Virus record (IMG/VR): IMGVR_UViG_3300048833_000100
Coordinates: 1-64,000 of that record
Length of the DNA: 64,000 bases
Source of the DNA: a virus
Direction: 5' to 3' (one strand)
Shown here piece by piece: positions 28,720-38,401 of this stretch. Both the position numbers and the translations under genes were made by a program. The notes beneath the pieces were generated by a model. That model was not told the origin of the DNA and did not search any database. It saw nothing but the letters and a program-made list of their open reading frames with translations. The stretch's first letter is position 1. Every line of letters starts with the position of its first letter.

Positions 28720-29340
28720 TCAGGCGCCGCGGGTCTTCAGGGCATAGCCCTCGAGTTCCCAGATCCTGTTGAAGGCGTTGTCGAAGGCCACTTTGCGGCC
28801 CATCTCTTCGTTGAAGTTGGTCGGATCAATCACGTTGGAATAGCCGACTACCTGCGAACCATTGGTCAGTCGCAGCACACAGACGGTCAGGGTGCCGTCG
28901 GGCAGATAGGTCTCGCTTTCCACCAGAGCCTTGAGGTGCTCCGGGGTCAGCCGGGTAGGCCCCTTCTCCACCGGCAGCACGTTCAGAGCCGTGCGAACCG
29001 CTGTGGTGAAGAGGGCATCCTTGATCCGCTGTTCGGGCGGCAGCTGGTTGTAGGGAACCATGCAGGGATGCTGCTTGAGGTCCGGGTCCTTGACCGGGCC
29101 ATAGACCCACCCATCCGCTTCCTTGAAGGCCAGCCAGCCCTCATGGCTCTGCTCGGGCGTATGGTTCGGATTGGCTGCCAGAGCCTCGACACCAGCGATG
29201 GCCGAGTTCTTCTGCCAGTCCGGTGCCTCATCCCAGGGCAGGTGACTGTAATCGCCGATCCCCCGGCAATAGGCCCGGTTGATCTCATGGGCCAGAACGG
29301 CGGCTGCCAGGATGAACTTGCGTGCGATGGGACCGCTCAT
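28720..29340 (-). CDS. RyR-domain + Phage gp49/66-domain fusion protein
   Basis: 'PEQSHEGW...K.ADGWVYGPVKD...KQHPCMVPY..LP.EQ..KD' (RyR) and 'LTVCVL.L.NG..V.G....DP.NF..E.G.K.A...A...IWELEGY.L' (gp49/66). Confidence 0.8.
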   Translation of the reverse strand: MSGPIARKFILAAAVLAHEINRAYCRGIGDYSHLPWDEAPDWQKNSAIAGVEALAANPNHTPEQSHEGWLAFKEADGWVYGPVKDPDLKQHPCMVPYNQLPPEQRIKDALFTTAVRTALNVLPVEKGPTRLTPEHLKALVESETYLPDGTLTVCVLRLTNGSQVVGYSNVIDPTNFNEEMGRKVAFDNAFNRIWELEGYALKTRGA

Positions 29341-29984
29341 TCAGCTTGCCCCGCAGCAGCAGCCTGCTGGAGCGCCAGACGCTTCAGCTCGGTCTCGGTC
29401 AGTTGAGGCAGAACCTCGATGGCAAACTCGTTGACCCAACGGGTCTCCAGGCTGATGTTGGCCGGGTTCTTCGGGTCCACCTTCGACTTCTTCTGAAGGA
29501 AGCGACGCTCCTTCATCATCTCGTAGATGCAGACCGGCACATGGTAGCCCTCGTCAGTCATCTCACCGAAGGGGACATATTTCGTCACGATCCCGAGATA
29601 CTTGTTCGAGAAAGTGAAGAACTCGCCGGGGATGTCCCGCTTGTCCGGGTTCAGGTTCGTCACCCGGATGCGGATAAGGCGCATGTTCTCTTCGAGGAGC
29701 TTCTTGCGGCGCTGTGCCTTCAGGTAACCGGGCGAGTGGTTCACGACCGGAGCCACGGCCTCTGCAGGGGCCTCGTCCGGCGTCGGGGGGACATCATTCA
29801 GATGATCATTGATCTTCTTGCGAAGGGTCTCGAGGCCAATCTTCGGGGAGATCTGCAGGCCCATGGAGCGGGCACGTTCCTTCAGCAGGGTGAGCTCGTC
29901 GGGGCCAGTCCCCTCATCTTCGCCCACGTCGGCGTTGATGTCGCTTTCATCAACCTGGCTGGTCATGTCGGTCACGTCGTTCAT
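29337..29984 (-). CDS. N4 gp55-like protein
   Basis: 'ELTLLKERA..MG', 'LIRIRVTNLNP.K', 'F.IEVLP.LT..EL..LA'. Confidence 0.8.
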   Translation of the reverse strand: MNDVTDMTSQVDESDINADVGEDEGTGPDELTLLKERARSMGLQISPKIGLETLRKKINDHLNDVPPTPDEAPAEAVAPVVNHSPGYLKAQRRKKLLEENMRLIRIRVTNLNPDKRDIPGEFFTFSNKYLGIVTKYVPFGEMTDEGYHVPVCIYEMMKERRFLQKKSKVDPKNPANISLETRWVNEFAIEVLPQLTETELKRLALQQAAAAGQAE

Positions 29985-30020
29985 TTGGCGTTCCTTCGAG
30001 GTGTGGTTTGGTGTGGTGTG

Positions 30021-30045
30021 AATAGGCCGGGGGATCCCGGCCTAT
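30021..30045 (-). terminator. Hairpin/terminator after the capsid gene
   Basis: AATAGGCCGGG-gat-CCCGGCCTATT inverted repeat. Confidence 0.65.
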
Positions 30046-30060
30046 TCCTCAGTCCCTGGA

Positions 30061-31512
30061 TCAGATCCGGGCGACGGTCTTGATCACGGCCAGACGTTCC
30101 GGGCGCAGGATCATGGTGCCATACCACCACTTGATCGAGCTGAAGCCCGTCTCACCGAAGGGGTCGGTGCGATCGGCAGTGCTCTCGCCCGGCATCTTGG
30201 TGATGATCTTGAACTTCATCATCTTGCCGCCGGTCTGGAAACCGATCGTGGTGAACGAGCCTTCGCCGATGCAGAGCATCGGGAACACGTCGTAGCGACC
30301 GCCCGTGGCCATGTAGCCGGGGTTGGTCTGCTCCAGAGCACCAGCGCCTGCCCAGTGCAGCATCTCGGGAACCACGACGAAACGGAAGTGGCCCACCGAG
30401 CCGATCTCGCCGTTCAGGGTCGTGCCGCCCGCAGCATACTTGTGGACCGGGACAAAGGCCGGGTTGTTGAACTGGTCAACCATGCCCTCGACGGTGGCCT
30501 GCAGTTCCGAGCCGATGTAGATCACACGACCATGCGCGATGGTCTTCGTGTCGATCATCCGCGAGCCGGTGATGGCCGTGGTCCGGGTCGGGGTGCGGTT
30601 GTCATTGAGGATGCGGTGCAGACGCGACAGATCCTCATAGACGACTTCCGACGGCTCGGCTGCTTCATCGGCGCCCGTGATGCCAGCCACCGTGGTCGCA
30701 TCGCCTGCGAAGACGACGACACCGGCACCAGACAGCAGGTCTTTCTGCAGCACGGCTTCGGTCAGCTGGTTCGCGCCAGTGATCATCTCGCGGCTCGTGT
30801 GAGCGTAAAGTTCCTCGTCCGAGTCGAAGTCCAGGGACTCCTGGGTGAACTCGCGGAAGAAACCCAGCTTGTGGATCGAGCCTTCGATCTGCAGACGGGT
30901 GAAGCCGACACGGTTGTAGCGGCCGCCGTTCTCACCGATCATCGGCAGCTTGCCGTCGATCGTGCCGATGTCCTTCGAGGAACCATAGAGGTTGCCCGAA
31001 CCGGGGGTTGCCACGGCACCGACGCCGAGAGCCACGACAGCGTTCTTCTCTGCAACCGAGGCATAGCGAGCGATCAGCGGGCCAGTCAGGGTGATGGTGG
31101 CACGGCCAGCACCAGCCGAGTCATCCGCACCAGCAACAGCGACAACGGTGTCACCGATGTTGGCGTTGATCGCCGCGACGGCAGCAGCCTTGGCACCGTT
31201 GGCGACGTTCAGCACCGAGCGCGGGAAGGAGACGAACCAGTCCGTGGTCAGGATGGTGGCGCCAGCTGCGTCAATGCCCTGGTCGTTGATGTTGCGAGCA
31301 TCCAGCAGCGGCAGGTAGTGATGCAGCTTGATCTTCTTGCCGTAGTGCTTCGGCATCGAGGTCACTTCGGCCAGCTGGGAGAAATACATCTCTTTCGCCG
31401 CTTCGATGAGAGCCTTCCGTTGCCAGAAGAACTCGTTCATCTGCTTGTTGCCGGTGTTGCCTTCGATCGAGGCGGGAGTGCCGCCTGCGGGGTTGTTGTA
31501 GCGTTGGACCAT
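30061..31512 (-). CDS. Major capsid protein (N4 gp56-like)
   Basis: '[25 protein letters not shown]', 'GNLYGSSKD', 'RVGFTR', '[13 protein letters not shown]'. Confidence 0.95.
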   Translation of the reverse strand: MVQRYNNPAGGTPASIEGNTGNKQMNEFFWQRKALIEAAKEMYFSQLAEVTSMPKHYGKKIKLHHYLPLLDARNINDQGIDAAGATILTTDWFVSFPRSVLNVANGAKAAAVAAINANIGDTVVAVAGADDSAGAGRATITLTGPLIARYASVAEKNAVVALGVGAVATPGSGNLYGSSKDIGTIDGKLPMIGENGGRYNRVGFTRLQIEGSIHKLGFFREFTQESLDFDSDEELYAHTSREMITGANQLTEAVLQKDLLSGAGVVVFAGDATTVAGITGADEAAEPSEVVYEDLSRLHRILNDNRTPTRTTAITGSRMIDTKTIAHGRVIYIGSELQATVEGMVDQFNNPAFVPVHKYAAGGTTLNGEIGSVGHFRFVVVPEMLHWAGAGALEQTNPGYMATGGRYDVFPMLCIGEGSFTTIGFQTGGKMMKFKIITKMPGESTADRTDPFGETGFSSIKWWYGTMILRPERLAVIKTVARI

Positions 31513-31528
31513 TTAAGGCCTCCTTGCG

Positions 31529-32722
31529 TCAGAACTTCGTGGGGATCGCCATGATCTGCTCATCAGTCATGGCAAATGGGTCGATCGCCGGTTTTGGCGT
31601 CGCCTTGGTCGTGCTGCCCGGAGCCGGAGAAATGGCTCGGGCTTGATCCCTCGTAGCAGTCGGCGCACGCGGACGGGCAGGACGGGTCTCCACAGGCTGA
31701 GGCTGCAACGCTGCCGGTCCGGGTGTCGGCGCTGCAGGCACCGATCCGGCTGGCAGTAGTTTGCCCGCATGGAAGAGCTCATCTCCAACCGTCTTGTAGG
31801 CTTGGATGAACGGGGTAGAACCGAACTGGCCCAGGATCTTCCGGCGCTCGATTTCAGCGGTGATCGTGGCATAGATGCCATTGGATCTCTGCTGGTCGAT
31901 GACCTTCAGGATATTGGGATCGGCATAGGCGGCCTCTTTACTGACCGGGTCCCAGGTCTTGTGAACCATGGCGACAGTGGCCTTGCCCTCGTCGGACAGA
32001 TACAGGTCGTCAATGACTTCCTGCCACTGCATCTCATGGTCTGTGACCTTGTGGTTGCCCGGCTTGTAATCAGGCTCGGCGGTGGCATCGAGATCCATCG
32101 GATCGACTTTGCCATCGTGGAGCAGCTTCTGGATCGCCTTGGGATCTTTCTTCTCGAGGTCGATCAGAAAGCTGATCTTGTCTTCCTGCAGGAGCCCGTT
32201 GGTCTCGAGCATCCGCAGCATCTTCAGGTGAGGCTTCAGGCCCTGCATCTTCTTGGTGTAATTGGCCCCAAGCTGCGCCAGCTGGATCACCTCTTCCGGT
32301 GAACTGGGCGTGAACTCCCGACCATTGGCCCGGAAGGGCGCCATGATCTTCTTGTAGGCCTCTTCATAATTGACAGCCTCAGGCGCACCCGCGGTCACAG
32401 GGGCCTGAGGCTGAACAGCTGCCGTCGTGGCGGGAGGAGGAACCCCATCGGCAACTGCTTTGGATTGGGCATCCGGCTGGGCTACGGGAGGGGTATCTCC
32501 CAGCTCATCATCCGGCACATCCTCCTCGGCCCCCTGCCCGACCGGCTGGTCGCCGGTCTCTGCAGGGGCCTCGGTTTGCCCACCATCATCAACGACCTCG
32601 CCAGTCTCGACGAGGTCTTCTTCAGGCTCGGTGACAGCACCCTGATCCGGTGCTGCGGCCGGAGCCTCCATCATGTTCATGATGTCCTCGTCGGACATCG
32701 AGGCGAGGTCGATGCCACTCAT
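31529..32722 (-). CDS. N4 gp57-like protein (scaffold/tape-measure annotated)
   Basis: 'PFRANG', 'Q.GANYTKKM', acidic N-terminus. Confidence 0.8.
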   Translation of the reverse strand: MSGIDLASMSDEDIMNMMEAPAAAPDQGAVTEPEEDLVETGEVVDDGGQTEAPAETGDQPVGQGAEEDVPDDELGDTPPVAQPDAQSKAVADGVPPPATTAAVQPQAPVTAGAPEAVNYEEAYKKIMAPFRANGREFTPSSPEEVIQLAQLGANYTKKMQGLKPHLKMLRMLETNGLLQEDKISFLIDLEKKDPKAIQKLLHDGKVDPMDLDATAEPDYKPGNHKVTDHEMQWQEVIDDLYLSDEGKATVAMVHKTWDPVSKEAAYADPNILKVIDQQRSNGIYATITAEIERRKILGQFGSTPFIQAYKTVGDELFHAGKLLPAGSVPAAPTPGPAALQPQPVETRPARPRAPTATRDQARAISPAPGSTTKATPKPAIDPFAMTDEQIMAIPTKF

Positions 32723-33054
32723 TCTGCAGCGGCCTCCGCCAGGAGTTCGTCACGGGCTTCATCGAGCGTCTTCAGCTCTTCTTCCATCAGGGCGCCCTGC
32801 TGCTCGATGCGGCGGAAGAACTGCTGGAGCTTCGAGATCATGTCGAGTTCCGAGATGATCTCGGCGCGGTGCTGCACGAGACCCGGCTCGGCGATGATCG
32901 AAGTCAGACGCTGCGGCTCTTCCTTGAACAGGTGCTCCAGGATCAGGGCCTTGAACTCACGGTTGGTTGCGAGCTTCTCGAGGGCCTGCTTCCGCTTCAC
33001 CATGGCCTTGGCGTCTTCAATGCGGATCTCGACTTCTTGCAGTTCGGGGTTCAT
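32719..33054 (-). CDS. N4 gp58-like protein
   Basis: 'L..NREFK.LI' coiled coil between the portal and gp57 genes. Confidence 0.75.
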   Translation of the reverse strand: MNPELQEVEIRIEDAKAMVKRKQALEKLATNREFKALILEHLFKEEPQRLTSIIAEPGLVQHRAEIISELDMISKLQQFFRRIEQQGALMEEELKTLDEARDELLAEAAAE

Positions 33055-33115
33055 TTTTTGCTCCTGGGGTGGTTCGGTGTGGTGTGGTGTGGCAATCTTA
33101 TGTGGTTTTTGCGCA

Positions 33116-35356
33116 TCACGTCAACATCTCACCAGCTGCCCTGACTTTCAGGGCCTGTCCGAGATCCACGGCTTGCGTGTCCTTGTCCCGTGGCTCGAGC
33201 ATCCGCTTGGTGATCTCGAGCATCTGGTTCGCCTTGGCCTGCTGACCGAGCTTGTCCATCTCGCGGGCATGTGTGGTGCCGGTTTCCTGCTCGATGAAGT
33301 CGAGATCCTTCATGTCCGCATCCGAGCCAAGGGCTCGAGCTCGTGCCATGGTCTCCTGGATCTTGGCCTGTGCCAGAGCAGCGTTCGACTGTGCCAGTGC
33401 AGCTCGTGCCCGCTCCTCGGCGATCTCCGCCTCGATCTTGGCCACCTCCAGCTCCTTCAGCTTCTGAGCCACTGGATCCGGCTGCGGCTTGAAGTTCTCG
33501 ATCGCGTGGGCCAGTTCCGGCATCCGCTTCAGACGAGCGATCTCGGAGAGGATCTTCTGGGTCATCTCGAAGGGCAGCGTCTGGCCAAGGGTCTGGAGCA
33601 TGAAGCCCAGATCCTGCGCCTTGGCTTCGTCCACCTCGGCCGTCGAGATGTCGACCTCGATGTTGTGCTCACCGCGGAGATCCTGCGGGTTCACCCGGAT
33701 GGCCACCTCATTGGTGATCTGGGTGATCTCTTCGTCGGTCATGAAGAGCTGGTTCATGGTGATCAGCTTGCGGCCGATCTCCTCCATCCCTTGAGCCAAC
33801 CGCCGCAGGATCGACATCTCCCGCTTGGAGGCTGCATCCAGAAGCCCTCGGATCCCGGCAGCCACCTCACCATAGGCCTCGCCCGAGAGCCCGCCAGAGA
33901 AGGCCTTGACCCCGGTCAGGGCTTCGGCTTCCTGGTTCTGGAGCTGCAGCATGGCCATGGCCGAGCCAGGGATCTCGGGATACTTGTGCTGGTGGATGCC
34001 GAGGTCCGGCCCGACATTCGGGTTGAACTCGTAATCCTGCCCGGAGTCATACCGCCGACGGTTCACCGTATCGAGCATGCCACGGGCAAAGCCGGTCTGA
34101 CCGTTGGCACTCTTACCAAGCAGGTCGATCATCCCACGGGTCAATGCCCCCAGGATGGCCTGATTGTCTTCCAGAAGCTCGGCATCCGGCTCCCCGGCTA
34201 CCGACTTGCGGATCGGCATATAGGGCACCACCACCAGCGGGATCTTCTTGTCGGGATAGGGGTTCTCCTCCATCCGAACCATGACATCCCCGACCCATGT
34301 GGCCACGATCGGGACCAACGTGTCGTTGCCGTGGATGTCGTAGAAGCCCCAGTATTCATAGGCCACGACCACCTTGCGGAGATCGTCCTTGAACTGATGG
34401 CTCGCGTTGATGATCGAGGTGGCGTGATCAGCATTGAACAACGGTGCCGCATTGGCCCAGTTCACCTGATCCAGGTTCTTGTATCGCCCATCCTTCAGCA
34501 TCTTGGCCTTCGAGGTCTCGAAGCTCACGACGGCGAAGTTGGCGCGGTCCAGATCCCCGTTGCAGTTCGGGTCGATGTAGACATTCTCGAAGTCGATGAT
34601 GTCGAGGGTCGGGTGGTTGCGGATGACCTCCTCTTCCTCAACGATCGTCGTGCCGTTCTGCTGGGCAAAGAAGGGAGCCCCCATCTCCTGGGAATAGTAG
34701 GCCGCCTCCTGCATCTCCGGCGCCAGATCCTCGAACCCCTGCGGGTTCTGGGTGATCATGGCGATAGCTTGCTCGAGCATCTGCAGGGTCTGCTGATCCA
34801 TCGGATCAACTGGGAAGAAGGCGTAGGTCGGAACCTCCTTCTGAACCATGCGACTGTCTCGCAGCCAGCCCGGACGCACAACCACAGTGCCTTCATCGAC
34901 CGCGGTGCGGACAAACTCGTCGACGAACTTCACCCGGTTGAGCTTGGTCCGCATCTGATGGTTCACTACCATCTCATCCTGCCGGGCGATCTTCGCATCC
35001 TCGAAGGTCTTGGGCGTGGCGTTGAACAGCTTCTCCGACGACAGGAACGGTTCCGACAGCGGGGCATAGCGCCACTCGTTCTGTCGACGGACCAGCTTCG
35101 GCTCGATCGTCGAGCGGTTCGGTTTGAGCTTATCCTTGGCTTTTCGCTTCGCTTCTCGGAGCTCCAGCCACCGCTTGATCTTGATGACCTGGGCATCATG
35201 TGCCGGTTTGGCCATCTCCAGATCCTCTTTCAGGGTCTGGACCGAGGGCTCGTTCTTCCAGTCGGTCAGCTTCCCAGGACCCTGGATCTCTTTCAGGTCA
35301 TCCTCCTGATCGAGCAGTTCTTCGTCCGAGAGCTCATGGTTCGGGAGCATGTTCAA
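33116..35356 (-). CDS. Portal protein (N4 gp59-like)
   Basis: 'LTDWKNEP', 'PKLVRRQ.EWRY..LSEPFL', 'YEYWG', 'GVKAFSGG'. Confidence 0.95.
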   Translation of the reverse strand: MNMLPNHELSDEELLDQEDDLKEIQGPGKLTDWKNEPSVQTLKEDLEMAKPAHDAQVIKIKRWLELREAKRKAKDKLKPNRSTIEPKLVRRQNEWRYAPLSEPFLSSEKLFNATPKTFEDAKIARQDEMVVNHQMRTKLNRVKFVDEFVRTAVDEGTVVVRPGWLRDSRMVQKEVPTYAFFPVDPMDQQTLQMLEQAIAMITQNPQGFEDLAPEMQEAAYYSQEMGAPFFAQQNGTTIVEEEEVIRNHPTLDIIDFENVYIDPNCNGDLDRANFAVVSFETSKAKMLKDGRYKNLDQVNWANAAPLFNADHATSIINASHQFKDDLRKVVVAYEYWGFYDIHGNDTLVPIVATWVGDVMVRMEENPYPDKKIPLVVVPYMPIRKSVAGEPDAELLEDNQAILGALTRGMIDLLGKSANGQTGFARGMLDTVNRRRYDSGQDYEFNPNVGPDLGIHQHKYPEIPGSAMAMLQLQNQEAEALTGVKAFSGGLSGEAYGEVAAGIRGLLDAASKREMSILRRLAQGMEEIGRKLITMNQLFMTDEEITQITNEVAIRVNPQDLRGEHNIEVDISTAEVDEAKAQDLGFMLQTLGQTLPFEMTQKILSEIARLKRMPELAHAIENFKPQPDPVAQKLKELEVAKIEAEIAEERARAALAQSNAALAQAKIQETMARARALGSDADMKDLDFIEQETGTTHAREMDKLGQQAKANQMLEITKRMLEPRDKDTQAVDLGQALKVRAAGEMLT

Positions 35357-36045
35357 CCTCTGCTGTGTGTGGTGCCATAGGCACTGAGGGAGGTGCCGTA
35401 GGCATCTGCCGGATTGTGGGCTCCACCGGAGCGGATGAATTTGGAGAGACCCCCGAAGCCTCCGAGGTGAGCCATGGCTCGCATCCCGTCCCAGGTAACA
35501 GGGGTGCCATTGATGGTCTGGCCCACATAGCGGTCATAGCCCGCCTTGCGGATCCGGTTGTCGATGTCATTGAAGTGCCAGTTGGAGGCGGCGATCTGAG
35601 CATTGCGATCGGCCCGGAACTGCTCGCGGGTCATCTCGGGGATGACACCTGCGGCCACAGCCTCGGCACGTCGGGCCTGAGAGAACTGTAGGATGCCGTC
35701 ATGTCCGACACCGCCTGAGCCCTGCACATCGTTGTAGGCATCCCACCGACCACCGGACTCGGTGCCGATCAGGGACCGAGGCACGTTGTCGGCAAAGCCC
35801 ATGGCTGCCCAGTTGTCATTGCCGGAGCCAGGAGGCAACGGTCCCATGCCTTGGGGAGCTGGACCTTGTCCGGTCCAGCTCAGATCCTTGGCGGCGACCG
35901 CATCACGACGCTCCCTTGCCCCCTCCCCGATACTACCAAGCTGAGCCCATGCCGATTGCAATAGGCCCTGAGATCGAGCCTGGGTTGCCTGGATCATCGA
36001 GGTGATGTCAGGCAGTGGAGCCACTGGGGAAGGAAGGGGTGCCAT
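35353..36045 (-). CDS. Lysozyme-fold (lytic transglycosylase-like) protein
   Basis: 'L.GTESGG...A.N', 'G.LQF', 'AMAHLGG.GG'. Confidence 0.7.
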   Translation of the reverse strand: MAPLPSPVAPLPDITSMIQATQARSQGLLQSAWAQLGSIGEGARERRDAVAAKDLSWTGQGPAPQGMGPLPPGSGNDNWAAMGFADNVPRSLIGTESGGRWDAYNDVQGSGGVGHDGILQFSQARRAEAVAAGVIPEMTREQFRADRNAQIAASNWHFNDIDNRIRKAGYDRYVGQTINGTPVTWDGMRAMAHLGGFGGLSKFIRSGGAHNPADAYGTSLSAYGTTHSRG

Positions 36046-36062
36046 GATGTGGTCTCCTTGGC

Positions 36063-36293
36063 TTAGGTCAGGCCGCCACGTTTCTTGGCCCAGAACCGCC
36101 AGCCGATCCCGGTTGCGACAGAGGCGGTGCCACTGAGGGCCATCGTCAGTCCCACGGCGGCGGCGTTGGCGACCTCCTGGACATCAATGCAGAACTGGGT
36201 TTCGGCTCGTGCAGTCAGGATGCCTGCGGTGACGAGGGCGGAGCCTGCCAGAAGCAGGATGTAGCGGATGATGAGAGCAATGGCGCCTTGCAT
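36063..36293 (-). CDS. Holin-like membrane protein
   Basis: 76 aa, two hydrophobic segments, basic C-terminus 'WAKKRGG', next to the endolysin. Confidence 0.6.
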   Translation of the reverse strand: MQGAIALIIRYILLLAGSALVTAGILTARAETQFCIDVQEVANAAAVGLTMALSGTASVATGIGWRFWAKKRGGLT

Positions 36294-36314
36294 GGGCGAT
36301 CCTTTCGGTTGGGG

Positions 36315-37010
36315 TTAGAAGGAGACTTCAGGCGCTGCGACCAGAGAGGCCTGCAGCGATGCACGGGTCTTGGGTCCGATCACACCATCCGCCACGAGGC
36401 CCTTGGCCCGCTGGTAGGGAACGACATAGCCGTAGCCGAGATAGCGCAGAGCCAGCTGATCCCAGCGAGCCAGCCGGTCAGCCAGACCGTTGGTGCCGCC
36501 GTTGATCCGCTTGGAGAGGCCCACCAAGTCGCCCTTGTCGGCGAACTTGTTCAGGCCATTGGTCGACCAGAACCACATCACCGAGAGCCCTTCCCAGGGA
36601 TCCGTATTGATGAGGTCCGGGTTTGATCGGAAGTCAGGAACTGCCAGACCGATCACCCCGGCGAGATCCTCACACCAGTCCTGATACCGGGCGATGTTGT
36701 AGCCGCCCGTGACCTGGAGAGGTCCCCTGCCCCGGTTCTTGTAACCGTCGCCATCCACCATCTTGGTGTTGCCGAGATCGGTGCGGGTGTCATACCGCTT
36801 CTGTGCCGGGGTCGGTCCCCAGATCTCCTGGTCATATTTGAAGTCGAGGGACTCATGCCCAACCTGAGCCAGCATCGGCACCAGACGGTGCGGCCGAGTC
36901 AGTCCGACGGTCTCTCCAAGCAGCTGCAGCCCCTTGTGAAGAGAGGCGGCATTGCTGCGGTTCTTGGCGCGGGTGAGCTCTACAAGAGCATCGAGGGTCA
37001 GTTCACCCAT
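36315..37010 (-). CDS. Endolysin, GH19 chitinase-like with C-terminal peptidoglycan-binding domain
   Basis: 'AQVGHES', 'GDGY..RGRG.LQVTG..N', 'INGGTNGLADR', 'ADGVIGPKT'. Confidence 0.9.
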   Translation of the reverse strand: MGELTLDALVELTRAKNRSNAASLHKGLQLLGETVGLTRPHRLVPMLAQVGHESLDFKYDQEIWGPTPAQKRYDTRTDLGNTKMVDGDGYKNRGRGPLQVTGGYNIARYQDWCEDLAGVIGLAVPDFRSNPDLINTDPWEGLSVMWFWSTNGLNKFADKGDLVGLSKRINGGTNGLADRLARWDQLALRYLGYGYVVPYQRAKGLVADGVIGPKTRASLQASLVAAPEVSF

Positions 37011-37064
37011 ATCATGTCTCCAATGGTTCGGCTGGATTAAACCACATCATACCACACCACACCA

Positions 37065-37658
37065 TCATTTAGGAGGGTCCAACTGGAAGAAGACGGTATC
37101 GGTCTCCTCGAAGGCGTCGATGTAGGCGCCACCGGGTCCGAAGGGGCAGGAGAACTTCAGAGACAAGGCGACCCCTGCCCGGCCGGGCAGCAGGGTCGCC
37201 GGGGGAGTCAGGGTGAGATTCACCCGCTCGGGATTTTCGGAGAGCTGCTTGATGGCCGGCAGGGGTTCCCCTGCGAAGGCGATGTCTCGACCGTCAATGT
37301 AGATCGGCATGGCGGTGAGGAAATTGCAGAGCGTTCCCTTCCGGGTGCTTGAGATCACCATGGTCAGGTCGAGCTCTTCGCCCTTTCTCACTGGCTCGGT
37401 GACATAGCTGTGACCGGGGAGCATACGGATCAACCTATTCTCCCCGGTCACCTGGTTGAGCTGTTCCTGGAACTTCCGCAGGTCATCCCGTGTCGCCACG
37501 TTCAGATCGGCCTGCAGCTTGGCAATGAAATGGGGCCAGGCCAGCGTGAAGACAAACCCACCGACGATGCCAGAGATCGAGACGATCAGGGTGGAGAGGA
37601 AGATGGCATCCTTGACGACGGATGCGAACCGCTGAAAGCGGGAAACCGGATCGCTCAT
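37065..37658 (-). CDS. Membrane-anchored protein (lysis-associated?)
   Basis: N-terminal TM segment, two Cys, position upstream of the endolysin. Confidence 0.6.
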   Translation of the reverse strand: MSDPVSRFQRFASVVKDAIFLSTLIVSISGIVGGFVFTLAWPHFIAKLQADLNVATRDDLRKFQEQLNQVTGENRLIRMLPGHSYVTEPVRKGEELDLTMVISSTRKGTLCNFLTAMPIYIDGRDIAFAGEPLPAIKQLSENPERVNLTLTPPATLLPGRAGVALSLKFSCPFGPGGAYIDAFEETDTVFFQLDPPK

Positions 37659-37761
37659 GGCGCACTCCAGAAAGGGTTGGGGGGAGCCGGAGCGTTCAGC
37701 GCACAGAGGTGGTGAGGTCTTCCTATTCCCAGCATAGGCGAGTTTCCCGCATCACACCAGA

Positions 37762-38394
37762 TCACATCAAAGCAAGCGCATCGAGAGCCGTCTGCAGATG
37801 AGACTGTGCATCCTCGGTATCGGCAGCCGCCACGATCAGCTGGATGGTGCTCTGCCGGATCTTCTCGATCGCGGCCGCCACGGGGCGCCAGAGAGCCGCC
37901 ATGTTGATCCATAGCTGCGCCAGCTCATAGGCCGTTGGCGCCGTGATCCCGACCTCCTCCACCAGGAATGGATAATCGGTCAGGGTTTCCGGCAGACTTG
38001 CCAGATAGCTGATCGCCTCAGCTTCCTTGGCCATGTAGATCATGTCCTGGCCGGGCAGCACTGTGATATATTTGCCACGAACCATCGCCACAGCCGAGTT
38101 CAGCTGGGCAACCGCCTGAGCCTTTGCCTCCGGCAGGCTCAGGCTGGGCAACAGCACAGAGGTTGTCAGCACGTCGACGGGTCCAAAGATCCCATCCACC
38201 ATCCCATAGATCACACCGTCCTCGAGCAGCCCTACCGGGACCGGCAGCTGCTCGAGATCTTTCGGGATGGACCCATCCTGTTGAAACCAGAGCATCCCCT
38301 CCGGGATCAGCTCAGGCAGCAGGGAGCTGTCATTGGCTCCCATGCTCTGGATCTCGCCTGTGGGAGAAAGAGTGACATATTTCACATTCGGCAT
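37762..38394 (-). CDS. Tail fibre assembly/chaperone-like protein
   Basis: 'R...IT..PGQ...Y..K..EA' pattern directly after the tail fibre gene. Confidence 0.65.
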   Translation of the reverse strand: MPNVKYVTLSPTGEIQSMGANDSSLLPELIPEGMLWFQQDGSIPKDLEQLPVPVGLLEDGVIYGMVDGIFGPVDVLTTSVLLPSLSLPEAKAQAVAQLNSAVAMVRGKYITVLPGQDMIYMAKEAEAISYLASLPETLTDYPFLVEEVGITAPTAYELAQLWINMAALWRPVAAAIEKIRQSTIQLIVAAADTEDAQSHLQTALDALALM

Positions 38395-38401
38395 GGGTAT
38401 C

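Noticed and set aside
11476-35380. Long + strand ORFs (e.g. 11476-14076, 14950-17097, 19969-21801, 32465-35380)
   Set aside because: Antisense shadows of high-GC genes with no recognisable motifs
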